From the NCBI GenBank assembly GCA_963785725.1, contig CAWAWS010000039.1:448001-512000 (forward strand): a DNA stretch of 64,000 bases, written 5' to 3'. Below, one piece after another: positions 9,302 to 23,176 of this stretch. The notes under the pieces are model-generated. The model did not search any database and was not told the origin of the DNA. It was given only the letters and a program-made list of their open reading frames with translations. Within the stretch, counting starts at the first letter, position 1; each line of letters starts with the position of its first letter. The stretch is from an uncultured delta proteobacterium. Lineage in GTDB: Bacteria; Myxococcota_A; Polyangia; Palsa-1104. A program made the position numbers and the translations under genes.

Positions 9302-9471
9302 GGGCGCAGCCTAGCAAACGCGCCGGCGGGAAGCGCACGAATCTGCGGTGTTCGACGTAGACGCCGTGAAATTGTGGCGGTTGCGTCGTCGATCGCGCGC
9401 CGGGCTGCCTTTGCCTGTCCCGGCTGGAGCGAATACCGGGAGGTTCCGTCGACAGCCGGTGCGCCTACGCT

Positions 9472-10836
9472 ATGATGATGCTCGACATGAATGACCGAGC
9501 CGATGCGCTGGTGATCTTCGGGGCTACGGGCGACCTCGCCTTCAAACAGATCTTCCCCGCCGTCCAGGCGCTGGCTGCCAACGGTCGCTGCGACGTGCCC
9601 GTCGTCGGCGTCGCGCGCGAAGAGTGGGGCATCTCCGAATTCCGCAAGCGCGTCGACGACAGCCTGACCGCCAACGCCGGCAAGCCGACCCGCGTCGACG
9701 AGCAGCTGGGCGCGCGGCTGCGCTACGTCGGCGGCGATTATCGCGACGAGGCGACGTTCACGAAGCTCAAAGCGGCGCTCGCCGGCACCCAGGCGCCGCT
9801 GTTCTACCTGGCGATTCCGTCGAGCATGTTCGCCACCGTCGTGCAGGCGCTGCAAAAGGCCGGGCTGACCGAGCACGCGCGCGTCGTCGTCGAGAAGCCG
9901 TTCGCGCGCGATTTCGCCTCGGCGCGCGAGCTGAACGCCAAGCTGGAGGCGGTCTTCCCGCAGGATCGGCTGTTTCGCATCGACCATTTCCTCGGGAAAG
10001 AGCCGGTGCAAAATCTGCTCTATTTCCGCTTCGCCAACGCGATCATGGAGCCGCTGTGGAACCGCGAGCACATCGAGAGCGTGCAGATTACGATGGCCGA
10101 GAATTTCGGCGTCAAAGGGCGGGGCGCGTTTTACGAGGAGACCGGCGCCATTCGTGACGTCGTGCAGAATCATCTGCTGCAGGTGACGGCGCATCTGGCG
10201 ATGGATCCGCCGTCGGCGGGCGAGTCGCCGCGGCAGGAGAGCGCGCGCCTGTTGGCGGCGATCGAGCCGCTGCAGCCCGGCGACGTCGTGCGCGGGCAGT
10301 TCCGCGGATATCGGCAGGAAAAAGGCGTCGATCCGCGGTCCAACGTCGAGACCTACGCGGCGGTGCGGCTGCATATCGACACCTGGCGTTGGGCGGGCGT
10401 CCCCTTTTACATTCGCGCCGGTAAGTGTCTGCCGGTGACGGCGACGGAAGTCTTTGTGACGTTCAAGCGGCCGCCGTTTTCGGTGTTCGGCGAGCCGGTC
10501 AGCGAGATGAAGAACTACGCGCGCATGCGGTTGGGGCCGACGGTGAACATCGCGGTCGGGATGCGCGTGAAGAAGGAGGGCGAGGCCATGGTCGGCGAGC
10601 CGGTCGAGCTGTTGGCGACGGAGGCGCAGGCCAAGCTGTTGGCGTACGAGCGGCTGCTCGGGGATGCGATGCGCGGCGATCAGACGCTGTTTGCGTCCGA
10701 GGCGCAGGTCGAGGCCGAATGGCGCGTCGTCGACGGGATCTTGAGCGAGTCGACGCCGCCGGTGGAGTACGAGCCGGGATCGTGGGGTCCGCCGACAGAC
10801 GCGCTGTTGCCGGGCGGCTGGCACGATCCCGTCTGA
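9472..10836 (+). CDS. zwf: Glucose-6-phosphate 1-dehydrogenase
   Basis: [45 protein letters not shown]. Confidence 0.95.
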   Translation: MMMLDMNDRADALVIFGATGDLAFKQIFPAVQALAANGRCDVPVVGVAREEWGISEFRKRVDDSLTANAGKPTRVDEQLGARLRYVGGDYRDEATFTKLKAALAGTQAPLFYLAIPSSMFATVVQALQKAGLTEHARVVVEKPFARDFASARELNAKLEAVFPQDRLFRIDHFLGKEPVQNLLYFRFANAIMEPLWNREHIESVQITMAENFGVKGRGAFYEETGAIRDVVQNHLLQVTAHLAMDPPSAGESPRQESARLLAAIEPLQPGDVVRGQFRGYRQEKGVDPRSNVETYAAVRLHIDTWRWAGVPFYIRAGKCLPVTATEVFVTFKRPPFSVFGEPVSEMKNYARMRLGPTVNIAVGMRVKKEGEAMVGEPVELLATEAQAKLLAYERLLGDAMRGDQTLFASEAQVEAEWRVVDGILSESTPPVEYEPGSWGPPTDALLPGGWHDPV

Positions 10837-10893
10837 GCAGGCGCGGCGAAGCGGCGAAGCGGCGGTCGCGGTCGCTTCGGACGACCGGCCGCA

Positions 10894-11002
10894 CCGCGTA
10901 TCACGGCCGATGCGATGCGTCGAAGCCGATGCGCTGTATCACGGTCGATGCGCCGTATCACGGCCGATGCGGCGTATATCACGGCCGATGCGCCGTATCG
11001 GC
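10894..11002. repeat. About 4-5 copies of a 19-bp direct repeat upstream of the kinase
   Basis: gtatcacgg(c/t)cgatgcg(c/g)c units. Confidence 0.8.
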
Positions 11003-11121
11003 TCGCGCTGACGGTGTCGCCGCGGGCGGACGGTCACGGCCGCGGGCCGCCCCTGATCGCCGCGCGCCACTGCCGTCGCCGACGCACGCCGTCGCCGCTT
11101 CGCTGCTAAGATCTTCGTCCC

Positions 11122-14314
<3,193 letters not shown>

Positions 14315-14328
<14 letters not shown>

Positions 14329-14755
14329 CGCCGAAATTACGCCGTATCGCGGCAGGCGCCGATACAGCGTAGCGCTGGGAATACGCTGTATCGAAGCGCA
14401 ATCGTCGATACGACGTAGCGCGGAGGATACGCTGTATCGAAGCGCGGTCGCCGATACGGCGCAGCGTGGGGAACGCGCTGTATTGAACCGCGAGCGCCGA
14501 TACGGCGTAGCGTGGGGAATGAGCTGTATCGAAGCGCGAGTGCCGATACGGCGTGGTGCGGAGAATACGCCGCGCGGTCGCCGATACAGCGTAGCGCGGA
14601 GAATACGATGTATTGAAGCGCGAACGCCGATACGGCGCAGCGTGGGGAACGCTTCTGTATTGAAGCGCGGTCGCCGATACGGCGTAGCGCGGAAAATACG
14701 CCGTATCAGGCGCGGCTATCGATACACTGTAGCGTCGAAAATACGCTGTATCGCG
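14315..14755. repeat. Tandem array of ~10 x 46-bp palindromic units
   Basis: Consensus ccGATACrGCGTAgcgyggrgaaTACGCyGTATCgaagcgcgrtcg; each unit has an inverted repeat; no unique spacers. Confidence 0.88.
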
Positions 14756-14857
14756 GCGGTCGATCCGAAACGTCTGCCGATCGACCGCCGGTGCCGGACC
14801 AGCGACTGCCGGCTTGCCGCAGCCGACCGTGGACTGCCGGCCGACCGCGGTGGCGCG

Positions 14858-14893
14858 GCGATACGCCGTAGCGGCCGCGCTACGGCGTATCGC
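14858..14893. terminator. Perfect 16-bp stem-loop between convergent genes, related to the array unit
   Basis: gcgatacgccgtagcg-gccg-cgctacggcgtatcgc; no U-tract. Confidence 0.5.
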
Positions 14894-14905
14894 GCGCCCG
14901 CGCCG

Positions 14906-16006
14906 CTAGTCGACGCCGTCCGCGAGCCAGACGCCCCCCTCGGCGCTGCGCGTGGCGATCGTCGGACAAGGCGGCAGCAAAACCCCGTTGCAGATGCCGT
15001 TGAAGCCGAGCTCGGGATGCCGCATTTTGCCGACGCAAGTGGCTCCCGTCGGCGTCCAATAGGCCTCGACCTGCTGAATCTCGCTGTCCTCGATGTGCGA
15101 CGAATCATCGATCAAGATCTGCGTGCCCGAGATCGTGTAGTAGCTGCTGTCGCCGCAATATGACGCGCGCTTCATGTGCAGCCCGGCCGCGAAGAAGTAG
15201 TCGCTGCCGCTGGCGTAGGGATAGCCCCACCAATAGACGGTCGCGATGCCGCCGCGGCGACAGGAGAGCGTGACCGTGTCCACCGTCGTCGCGTCGCGCG
15301 TGACCGCCGCCGTCGTCGGATTGACGGCGATGCCGCGCTGGAACACGACCGGATCGAGCTTGCCGTTGGCGTCGTAGCAGTACGATTGATCGGTCGTCGC
15401 GCCCTCGACCTTCCACGTCATGTCGTACTTGCGCAGCGGCCGCACGCCCGCCTCCGTCAGCACCGAGTCGAACCCAATGACGTACATATCGAGCTTGCCC
15501 GTCGCCGGATCGGCGAAGCTCAGGTGCAGCTTCAGGTTCACCAGCGCCGCATTGCTGACGTCGATCAGCGTACCGTTGGTCTCTTGCAGCACCCAGGTCG
15601 GCACGGTGTTGGTCTCCGTCACCGACTTGACCTCGAGCCCGGTGACGCCCTGATAGTCGGCCGACCAGACGCTGCCCGGCTCCGGCAACATCAGCCACTG
15701 ATTCTGCCGGGAGTCGTAGTAGCGCGCCTGAAACGTCACCGCCGTGCCCGTGTTCTGGAAGCTGGTGATCATCGCCTGCAGCGTGTCGTCGATATAGGCG
15801 TGGCCGCCCTCGTCGGTGTAGACGCCGACGCCGTTCGACATGGTGCAGTCGGTCGTCGGATCGGGACAGCGGTACTTGATCTCCGCCGTTTCGCTGCCGG
15901 TCGTCATCGTAGGCGGCGTCGTCTCCACGCCACAGCCGCCACACAACAACAGCGCGAACAGCACGCCCCCTTTGCTTCGCTCGCTGCCTGTCATTCCCAT
16001 GTTCAT
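14906..16006 (-). CDS. Secreted/lipoprotein with an ADYC-type Cys-containing C-terminal domain
   Basis: LSC..GGIA....WGY...HMKRASYCGD..YTISGTQI...EAYWTPTGATC; GGAGGGG before ATG 16006; LLLCGGC. Confidence 0.72.
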   Translation of the reverse strand: MNMGMTGSERSKGGVLFALLLCGGCGVETTPPTMTTGSETAEIKYRCPDPTTDCTMSNGVGVYTDEGGHAYIDDTLQAMITSFQNTGTAVTFQARYYDSRQNQWLMLPEPGSVWSADYQGVTGLEVKSVTETNTVPTWVLQETNGTLIDVSNAALVNLKLHLSFADPATGKLDMYVIGFDSVLTEAGVRPLRKYDMTWKVEGATTDQSYCYDANGKLDPVVFQRGIAVNPTTAAVTRDATTVDTVTLSCRRGGIATVYWWGYPYASGSDYFFAAGLHMKRASYCGDSSYYTISGTQILIDDSSHIEDSEIQQVEAYWTPTGATCVGKMRHPELGFNGICNGVLLPPCPTIATRSAEGGVWLADGVD

Positions 16007-16128
16007 TCCCCTCCGAATTCGTGACCCGCCGTACCCCTCAGCAAAGGGCGGGCCGCTGTCGTCATGGCGGCGAGCGCCCATAAGTCCACGGCCGGCGCGG
16101 GTTTCGCAGCGGCACGTGCCTCGACACC

Positions 16129-16144
16129 GCGGCGATTGTGCCAG
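16129..16144 (-). promoter_or_regulatory. Possible sigma54 -24/-12 promoter for the ADYC gene
   Basis: CTGGCACAATCGCCGC has GG-N10-GC spacing, but the -12 box is weak (CCGC rather than TTGC). Confidence 0.3.
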
Positions 16145-16195
16145 AACGTGTCAGCCGGCTACTCGCGGCGCCGCATGTATAATCGCGCCAGCCTC

Positions 16196-17614
16196 GTGGA
16201 CCATCCGACCCTTCCCCCCAGCGAACCCGGCCAGCGCGGCGGTAATGATGACGCCGATCATGTACCCGGCCTCGTCCTCGTTTTTTGCAGCGGCGCGCCG
16301 CGCGCGGAGGTCATGCGCCTCACGTCGGGCGCGCTCGAGCTCGGGCGCGGCGAAGGCGCCGCCGGCAAGCTCGCCGACGGTCGCGTCTCGCGCCGCCACG
16401 CGCTCGTCGAGCATGACGGCGGCGGCTTTCGCGTCACCGATCTCGGCAGCCAAAACGGCACCAGCGCCGACGCGCAGCCGCTGCCACCGCACACGCCGAC
16501 GACGCTGCAACGCCTACTGCGCGTGGGCGATTCGCTGTTGATGCCGCTGCCCGACGTGCGCCCGCTCGAGCGTCATCCGCTGCGGCGCGTCGACGGCATG
16601 ATCCGCGGCGCGGCGCTGCAGCTGGTGCTCGAGGACGCGGCGCGCGCGGCACGGGCCGGCGCGACTTTGCATATTCGCGGCGAGAGCGGCAGCGGCAAGG
16701 AGGGCGTGGCGCAGGCGTTCCATCGCGCCGCCGCGCGCGACGGCGGCCAGCTCGTCGCCGTCAACTGCGCGTCGATCCCGCCCAATTTGGCCGAGCGGCT
16801 GCTGTTCGGCGCCAAGCGCGGCGCCTACTCGGGCGCCGAGAGCGACGCCGCCGGTTATGTGCAAGAGGCCGACGGCGGCACGCTCTTCCTCGACGAGGTG
16901 GCCGAGCTCGACTTGGCGGTGCAGGCGAAGCTCTTGCGCGTGCTCGAGTCGAAGGAGCTCTTGCCGCTCGGCGCTTCCAAGCCGCGTAAAGTCGACTTCC
17001 AGTTCTGCTCGGCGACGCACAAAGATCTGCGAGCGCTCGTTGCTGGTGAGCGGCTGCGCGAGGATCTGTACTTTCGCATCGGCCGGCCGGCGTTGACGCT
17101 GCCGCCGCTGCGCAATCGTCCCGAGGAGATTCCGGCGCTGGTCGCCGACGAGCTGAGTCGCGCGACGCCGCCGGCGAGCGCGCACGTGTCGCTCGTCGAG
17201 CAGTGTCTGTTGCGCGCGTGGCCGGGCAACGTGCGCGAGCTCTTGGCCGAAGTGCGGGCGGCGGCGCAGACGGCGGCGCGCGACGGTGGGCGCGTCATGG
17301 CGCAGCATCTGTCGCCGACGGCGGGCAGCGCGTTCGGCGGGACGGCGGCGATGGCGACGGCAGCCGGCGCGGCGCTCCCGGCCGGCGATCCGGCGGGCAC
17401 GCCGACGTCGACGCCGACGCCGCGCAAGCGCATGCCGCAAGTCGACGACGATTGGCGACGGCGGATCCAGGACGCGCTGCGCGTCAACGGCGGCAACATC
17501 GCGGCGACGGCGCGGGCGCTCGGCCTGCATCGCACGCAGCTGCGCCGGCTGCTCGAGCGTCATCAGATCGACGTCGCCGACAGCGGCAGCGACGACGATT
17601 CCGTCGACGACTGA
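16196..17614 (+). CDS. FHA-domain sigma54-type enhancer-binding protein (AAA+, Fis-type HTH)
   Basis: FHA GR..SRRHA..DLGSQNGT; GESGSGKE; GAYSGA (GAFTGA variant); LFLDEV; WPGNVREL; NIAATARALG. Start uncertain. Confidence 0.9.
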   Translation: MDHPTLPPSEPGQRGGNDDADHVPGLVLVFCSGAPRAEVMRLTSGALELGRGEGAAGKLADGRVSRRHALVEHDGGGFRVTDLGSQNGTSADAQPLPPHTPTTLQRLLRVGDSLLMPLPDVRPLERHPLRRVDGMIRGAALQLVLEDAARAARAGATLHIRGESGSGKEGVAQAFHRAAARDGGQLVAVNCASIPPNLAERLLFGAKRGAYSGAESDAAGYVQEADGGTLFLDEVAELDLAVQAKLLRVLESKELLPLGASKPRKVDFQFCSATHKDLRALVAGERLREDLYFRIGRPALTLPPLRNRPEEIPALVADELSRATPPASAHVSLVEQCLLRAWPGNVRELLAEVRAAAQTAARDGGRVMAQHLSPTAGSAFGGTAAMATAAGAALPAGDPAGTPTSTPTPRKRMPQVDDDWRRRIQDALRVNGGNIAATARALGLHRTQLRRLLERHQIDVADSGSDDDSVDD

Positions 17615-17723
17615 AGCCGGCGCCACGACCGACGCGCCCGAGCGCGCCACCGAGTCGCCGTCAGGCGCGACGACGCGGGCTTGGTCGCGAGCTGCCTTTT
17701 GCGGCTGCGAAAGCCATGCGGTT

Positions 17724-17871
17724 GATCGGCGGAGGCGTGTCTCGGCAACGCGCCAATGGTCGCGCGCACCACAGAATGCAGGCGCGACGCGACATCCGAT
17801 CGGCGGAGGCGTGTCTCGGCAACGCGCCAATGGTCGCGCGCTGCACGGAATGCAGGCGCGAGGCGACATCG
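17724..17871. repeat. Two copies of a 74-bp direct repeat
   Basis: gatcggcggaggcgtgtctcggcaacgcgccaatggtcgcgcgc at 17724 and 17798. Confidence 0.85.
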
Positions 17872-17952
17872 AAGCGAGCGGTTGCTGCGCATACGACGCC
17901 GCTCTGTCGACGAATACCGCTGCGTTCGTCAGGATCGCGGGTGCGCTCGTTA

Positions 17953-18582
17953 CTATGGCGCGGTCGGACGCGTGAGCGGGCGTTGCATGCGGCGAAAGCC
18001 GTCGAGCCCGCGGCGACCGCGATAGGGACGCTCGCCGACGACGACGAAGCCGAGCCGTTCGTAGAGCCGCTGTGCGCGCGGGTTGCCGAACGAGACGTCG
18101 AATTCGGCGACGGTCAGCGACAGATCGGGCGTCGTGCACACATGCGCGAGGAACGCGGCGAACAGGCCTTGGCTGCGGCGATCGGCGACGACACAGGCGT
18201 TGGCGAGGAACAGGCTGTCGCGGCGCGGCGTGGCGAAGAGCGACGTCAGCGCCAACGAGCGCCACACCGCGCGCAAGAAGCGGCCGACGCCGAGCGCGCC
18301 GAAGGCCGAGCGCAGCGTGTGCAGCGACAAGCGGTTGATGTCGCGGCCGCGGTAGGCGGTCAGGGTGGCGACGAGCTGGCCGTCGGCGGCGATGGCGACG
18401 ATTTGGTGGCGATAGCCGAAGATGCCGTCGCCGCGCAGGAAGTCGCGGCGCAGGAACGGCTCGGGCCCGTCGTCGCCGAAGCGGAAGCAGGCGTCGACGA
18501 GGCCGCGCGACGACTCGTACATCAGCGGCACGACGGCGTCGGCGTCTTCGGGGCGCGCGGGGCGAAAGTGGAGCTCGGTCAT
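17953..18582 (-). CDS. GNAT N-acetyltransferase (in the lstF position)
   Basis: FRPARPED, acetyl-CoA motif RRSQGL, NPRAQRLYERLGF; ATGA overlap with the NRPS stop. Confidence 0.88.
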   Translation of the reverse strand: MTELHFRPARPEDADAVVPLMYESSRGLVDACFRFGDDGPEPFLRRDFLRGDGIFGYRHQIVAIAADGQLVATLTAYRGRDINRLSLHTLRSAFGALGVGRFLRAVWRSLALTSLFATPRRDSLFLANACVVADRRSQGLFAAFLAHVCTTPDLSLTVAEFDVSFGNPRAQRLYERLGFVVVGERPYRGRRGLDGFRRMQRPLTRPTAP

Positions 18583-21500
18583 GTCTGGGCCTCGGCGGCG
18601 GCGGCGCGGCGGACGTCGCGGATGGCGGCGCATAGTCCGCCCAGCGTCGGGCGGCGCAAGATGGGGCGAATGTGCTGCATGAAGCGCGGCTCGAGGTCGG
18701 CGCCGACGATGCGATGGCCGATGGCGGCGAAGAGCTGGACCATTTGCAGCGAGTCGCCGCCGAGGGCGTGGAAGTCGCTGTCGGGGTGGATGGCGGCGGC
18801 GTCGACGGCGAGCAGCTCGGACCAAATGGCGGCGACGGCCGCGGTCAGCGCGTCCGCCGATGCGGCCGGCGCGCCGTTTGCGCCGTGGACGGCCGCGGTT
18901 TGCGCGTCGGCGCGCGGCGACGCGAGCTGGGGCGCGTCCGCGCCGCGCGACGCGAGCTGGGGAGCGTGCGAGGCGAGCGGCGCGAGCTGGGGCGCGTTCG
19001 GCGAGAGTGGGGGCGCGTTCGCGGCGAGCGGCGCGACGATGTTCGCGGCGGGCGTGGCGAGGGTCGCGTCGCCGTCAGATGACGTCGGTGCGGTCGCCGC
19101 GCGCTGCATGTGGTCGGCGGGATTCGGCAGCCGCCGTAAGTCGGCCTTGCCGTTGACGGTCAGCGCAATCTCGTCGACCGCGAAGATGAACGACGGGATC
19201 ATGAACGCCGGCAGCTGACGCTCGAGCGCCCGTCGCAGCGCCGCCTCATCGACGACCGCGTGGCGCCGGGTTTCGTCCGCGCCCGTCGGCTGCGCGCCGG
19301 CGAGCGAGGTCTGCGCGGCGGTTTCGTCGATCACTGCGGGCCGACGAGATGCGTTGGCTGGCGTTGCCTGCGCGTCGGCGAGCGAGGTTCGCGAGGCGGC
19401 TTCGTCGCCGCTCGCTGCGCTTCGCGCGCGTTCGCCATCGATCGCGCTCGGCACGTAATACGCGCACAAGATCGGATCGCCGCCGGCGCCGCCCGCTCGC
19501 GCGCGACCGACGACCAGCGCCTGCGCCACGCCCGGCTGCGCCGCGATCACCGCCTCGATTTCGCCCGGCTCGATGCGATGGCCGCGAATCTTCACCTGCT
19601 CGTCGGCGCGGCCGAGGAACTCGAGCAGGCCGCGACCGTTCAGCCGTGCCAGGTCGCCGGTTCGATAGGCGCGGCGACCGTCAAGTAGCTTGACGAATCG
19701 TTCGCGATTCAGATCCGGACGGTCCAGATAGCCGCGCGCCAGACAGTCGCCGGCCAAGTACAGCTCGCCGCTGGCGCCGCGTGCGACTGGGCGGCGGTCG
19801 GCGTCGAGGAGGTGGGCTTGCATGTTGCGGCCGGGGACGCCGATGGGCACGGCCGCCAAGTCGCCGTCGCGCGCGGCGTCGAAGACGTGGCAGACGCAGC
19901 CGATGGTGGCCTCGGTGGGGCCGTATTCGTTGACGATGCGGCAGTCGGCGCCGAAGCGCGCTTGCGCTTTGCGTGCGAGCGTCATCGTAAGCTGCTCGCC
20001 GCCGACGATGAGCGTGCGAAAGCCGCGCGGCGCCGCTCCCTCGAGCTGCGTGATGAGCTGAAGGTGCGTCGGCGTCAGCTTGAGCGCGTTGGCGCCGCTG
20101 TCGTGCAGGATCGTGCGCAGCGTCAGATGATCGAGCGCCTCGGGCACGAGCGCGATGCTGCCGCCGGCCAGCAGCGGCGGGAAGATCGCCGTCGCCGTGA
20201 GGTCGAACGCGAGCGACGTGAAGAGCGCGAAGCGGCTGCCGGCGTCGATGCCGTAGGCCGCTTGGGCCCAGCCGACGTAGTTGACGAGGCTGCGATGCTC
20301 GATCTGCACGCCCTTCGGCTGCCCGGTCGACCCCGAAGTGTACAAAATGTAAGCAAGCGATCGAGGATCCTCGTCGATCGGCGTGAAGACACGATGTCTT
20401 TCCGTCGGCCTGAAAGCGCTGGGTTCGTTCGTCGGCGGCACGGCGCCGTGCGTGTCGACCGCCGCGACCGCGCTGTGCCCGTCGGTCGGTGCGACGGCGC
20501 TGTGCCCGTCGGTCGGTGCGACGGCGCTGTGCCCGTCGGTCGGCACGACGGCGCTGTATCTGTCGCGCGGCGCAACCGCGCTGTGTCCATCGAGCTGCCC
20601 AACGGAGCCGTGTTCGTCGAGCGGCGCAATGGCACTGTGTTCGTCGAGCGGTGCAACGGCACTGTGTTCGTCGGTCGGCGGAACCGGGCCGTGTCTGTCG
20701 ACCGCGACAACGGCGACGCGCGTGTCGGTCGGCGCAACGGTGGCGTGTGCTTCAGTCGGCACAAGGGCGCTGCGGTCTGCGGTCGACATCGCCGCGTCGT
20801 CGCCGAGCTCGTGGGCGAGCGCGAGGGCGCCGGTGAAGACGCCGTCGAGCCGCGCGGCGTGGGCGCGCGTCGTCAGGCAGAGCGCGGCGCGGGCGTCGGT
20901 CAGCAGCCAGCCGAGCCGCTCGGCGGGATATTGCGGATCGAGCGGCAGATAAGCGGCTCCAGCTTTGATGATGCCGAACATCATTACGATCGCTTGCGGA
21001 TCGCGGTCGACGAGCAGGCCGACGACTGCGCCGGCGCCGACGCCGCGGGCTCGCAGTGCGGCGGCCACGGCGTCCGAGCGTCGCGCCAGCGCAGCGTAGG
21101 TCACGGTCTCGTCGCCGCACACGAGCGCGACGGCGTCTGGCGTGCGCGCCGCCTGGTCGGCGAACAGGCCGGCGACCGTGCGCGCCGGAATCGGCGCCGC
21201 CGTGTCGTTGGCCGCCCACTCATCCAGGGACGGTCGAGAGCCGTCGTCATCATTAGTGGCGTCGGCCGGCGCTGGGGTCGTAGCCGGGCGTTCTTTGGCA
21301 GCGGCGCTCGGATGCTGTAGCCGGTCTGGCGCGCGGAGGTCTTCGCCGTCCAGCGTTCCAATGTCATTCCGCTCGGGCGCCGACACCGCGTCGAGACGCG
21401 GTTGAACGCTAACGTTGCGCGAGGGCGAGTTCGTGCCGTTGGCTATGGCTTCGCTGCGCGAGGGCGGGTTCGTGCCGTTGGCGACGCCGTCGCTGCGCGA

Positions 21501-22826
21501 GGGCGAGTTCGTGCCGTCGGTGACGGCTTCGCTGCGCGAGGGCGGGTTCGTGCCGTCGGCGACGCCTTCGCTGCGCGAGGGCGAGTTCGTGCCGTTGGCG
21601 ACGCCTTCGCTGCGCGACGGCGGGTTCGCGTCGCCGGTGACGGCTTCGCTGCTCGGCTGCTCGACGGCGGTGACGATGCGGTCGAGCAGCGCGTCGGCCG
21701 CGGCCGCGACCTCGGCGGGACAGACCAGCGTCAGCTCGACTCGATCGCGACACTCGATGGCGACGAGCGACAACGCCGCCAGCGGCACATGCACCGGCAG
21801 CGAATAGATCGTCGTCGCGCGGAAATCGCCACCGGACAGCGCCCGCGGATCGACGCGCCCGAGGTGCGACAGGATGGCCGTCGCCGCGAAATGTCCACGC
21901 CGGCGCAGACGCAACGACGCTTTGATGATGCTCGTCATCATCCAGATCGGCATCTTCGCCAGCGCGCCTTCCGAACCATCGACGGCGAGCTCGCGCTTCT
22001 CCGCCAACGCCGACAACAGCTGCTCGTAGAGGCCTTCCCAGGGTTCGTTCGGCTGCGCGTCGAGGAAGATGGGCAGGCTCAAGTTGCTCGTCGCGGACAG
22101 CGCCGGCGCATGACGGCGCAGATCGACGGGCACCATGAAGCGCAAACGCGTGCCGGGCGCGGCGTTGGCGGCCAACGTCGCCGCCAGCTTGGCGACGAGG
22201 CCGGGCTGCGCGCCGGCGAGCGTGCGCCGCTTCCAGACGAACGCGTCCGCTGCGTCTTGCGCGTTCGCCGCCGTCGTGGCGAGCGGCGACGGGCAGTCGA
22301 ACGTCGGTCGCGTCCGGCGATGGCGGGCGCCGAGCTGCGTCAAGAGCGCGACGTCGGTCATCGTCGCGGCGGCGGCGCGCAGCGGCTCACCGCGATAGGC
22401 GCGCCAGATCTCGTGGGCCCATATGAGCGCGCCCTTGCCGTCCATGACGCCGTGGAACGCGCGAATGATGACGGTCGTACGCATTGGGCGGCGGACGACG
22501 ACGACTTCGCAGGTCGGGCCGGCCTGCACGTCGAGCGACTGACGCCAGCGCGGCGACTCTTCGTCGGGCCGTTCGTCGCCGTCGACGACCGTGACCGGCG
22601 GCGCGACACCGCTCTCGACCCACTGCTTGCCGTCGAGGACGAGGCGCGCGCCCGGGCAGGCGGCCGCAGCTTCGGCGACGGCGCGCGTGAGCCGCGCCAA
22701 ATCGACGTCGCCCTCGCCGTCGATGAAGAGCTGAATCGCGAACGGCCCGGCGATGCGCGCGCCGGCCAAGTACAGCCGTTCGTTGGGCGAAACGTCGCGC
22801 CGAAATGTTGGAGTCGCCGTCATCAT
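18579..22826 (-). CDS. Single-module NRPS: condensation/acyltransferase - adenylation - PCP (LstE-like)
   Basis: FHGVMDG, YILYTSGSTGQPKGV, NEYGPTE, YRTGDL, QVKIRGHRIEPGEIE, NGK, PCP FHALGGDSL; no TE domain. Confidence 0.92.
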   Translation of the reverse strand: MMTATPTFRRDVSPNERLYLAGARIAGPFAIQLFIDGEGDVDLARLTRAVAEAAAACPGARLVLDGKQWVESGVAPPVTVVDGDERPDEESPRWRQSLDVQAGPTCEVVVVRRPMRTTVIIRAFHGVMDGKGALIWAHEIWRAYRGEPLRAAAATMTDVALLTQLGARHRRTRPTFDCPSPLATTAANAQDAADAFVWKRRTLAGAQPGLVAKLAATLAANAAPGTRLRFMVPVDLRRHAPALSATSNLSLPIFLDAQPNEPWEGLYEQLLSALAEKRELAVDGSEGALAKMPIWMMTSIIKASLRLRRRGHFAATAILSHLGRVDPRALSGGDFRATTIYSLPVHVPLAALSLVAIECRDRVELTLVCPAEVAAAADALLDRIVTAVEQPSSEAVTGDANPPSRSEGVANGTNSPSRSEGVADGTNPPSRSEAVTDGTNSPSRSDGVANGTNPPSRSEAIANGTNSPSRNVSVQPRLDAVSAPERNDIGTLDGEDLRAPDRLQHPSAAAKERPATTPAPADATNDDDGSRPSLDEWAANDTAAPIPARTVAGLFADQAARTPDAVALVCGDETVTYAALARRSDAVAAALRARGVGAGAVVGLLVDRDPQAIVMMFGIIKAGAAYLPLDPQYPAERLGWLLTDARAALCLTTRAHAARLDGVFTGALALAHELGDDAAMSTADRSALVPTEAHATVAPTDTRVAVVAVDRHGPVPPTDEHSAVAPLDEHSAIAPLDEHGSVGQLDGHSAVAPRDRYSAVVPTDGHSAVAPTDGHSAVAPTDGHSAVAAVDTHGAVPPTNEPSAFRPTERHRVFTPIDEDPRSLAYILYTSGSTGQPKGVQIEHRSLVNYVGWAQAAYGIDAGSRFALFTSLAFDLTATAIFPPLLAGGSIALVPEALDHLTLRTILHDSGANALKLTPTHLQLITQLEGAAPRGFRTLIVGGEQLTMTLARKAQARFGADCRIVNEYGPTEATIGCVCHVFDAARDGDLAAVPIGVPGRNMQAHLLDADRRPVARGASGELYLAGDCLARGYLDRPDLNRERFVKLLDGRRAYRTGDLARLNGRGLLEFLGRADEQVKIRGHRIEPGEIEAVIAAQPGVAQALVVGRARAGGAGGDPILCAYYVPSAIDGERARSAASGDEAASRTSLADAQATPANASRRPAVIDETAAQTSLAGAQPTGADETRRHAVVDEAALRRALERQLPAFMIPSFIFAVDEIALTVNGKADLRRLPNPADHMQRAATAPTSSDGDATLATPAANIVAPLAANAPPLSPNAPQLAPLASHAPQLASRGADAPQLASPRADAQTAAVHGANGAPAASADALTAAVAAIWSELLAVDAAAIHPDSDFHALGGDSLQMVQLFAAIGHRIVGADLEPRFMQHIRPILRRPTLGGLCAAIRDVRRAAAAEAQT
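20375..20785 (-). repeat. In-frame 27-bp (9-aa) repeat, ~15 degenerate copies, inside the A domain
   Basis: TDGHSAVAP-like units just before the A3 motif. Confidence 0.88.
21415..21655 (-). repeat. In-frame 39-bp (13-aa) repeat x6 in the C-A linker
   Basis: SRSE[GA]V[AT][ND]GTN[SP]P. Confidence 0.9.
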
Positions 22827-23176
22827 TAGGCCTGCCGGCTGCCGCAATGACGGCGATCGCGCGTCAGCCCAGGACGGCGTCGCAGCGCGCGCGGTGAAGT
22901 GTGGGGCGAGCTTGGCGTCGTGTGCGTGATGGGCGCCGCTGGTTGGGAAAAGGCGTCGTGCCGAAATGTTGGAGTCGCCGTCATCATTAGGCCTGCCGAC
23001 TGCCGCAATGACGCCGATCGAGCATCAGCCGAGAACGGCGTCGCAGCGCGCGCGGTGAAGCGTGCGGCGAGCTCGGCGTCGGGCACGTCGTCATTTGACG
23101 ACCGCCTGAATCGGCCGCGAAATCGCCGTGCGGCAGTTCGGGCGAGCGTGGCGTCGGGCACGTCGTCATTTGACGA
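22800..23176 (-). repeat. Duplicated gene-junction sequence forming two coupled mini-ORFs (23169-22987 and 22987-22826)
   Basis: A ~120-bp block including the NRPS start recurs at a 161-bp period; the reductase 3' end recurs at a 75-bp period; ATGA, TAATG and TAATG overlaps. Confidence 0.8.

Noticed and set aside
14483..15163. 226-aa ORF across the hairpin array
   Set aside because: It translates a repeat whose unit is not a multiple of 3, and overlaps the ADYC gene on the opposite strand.
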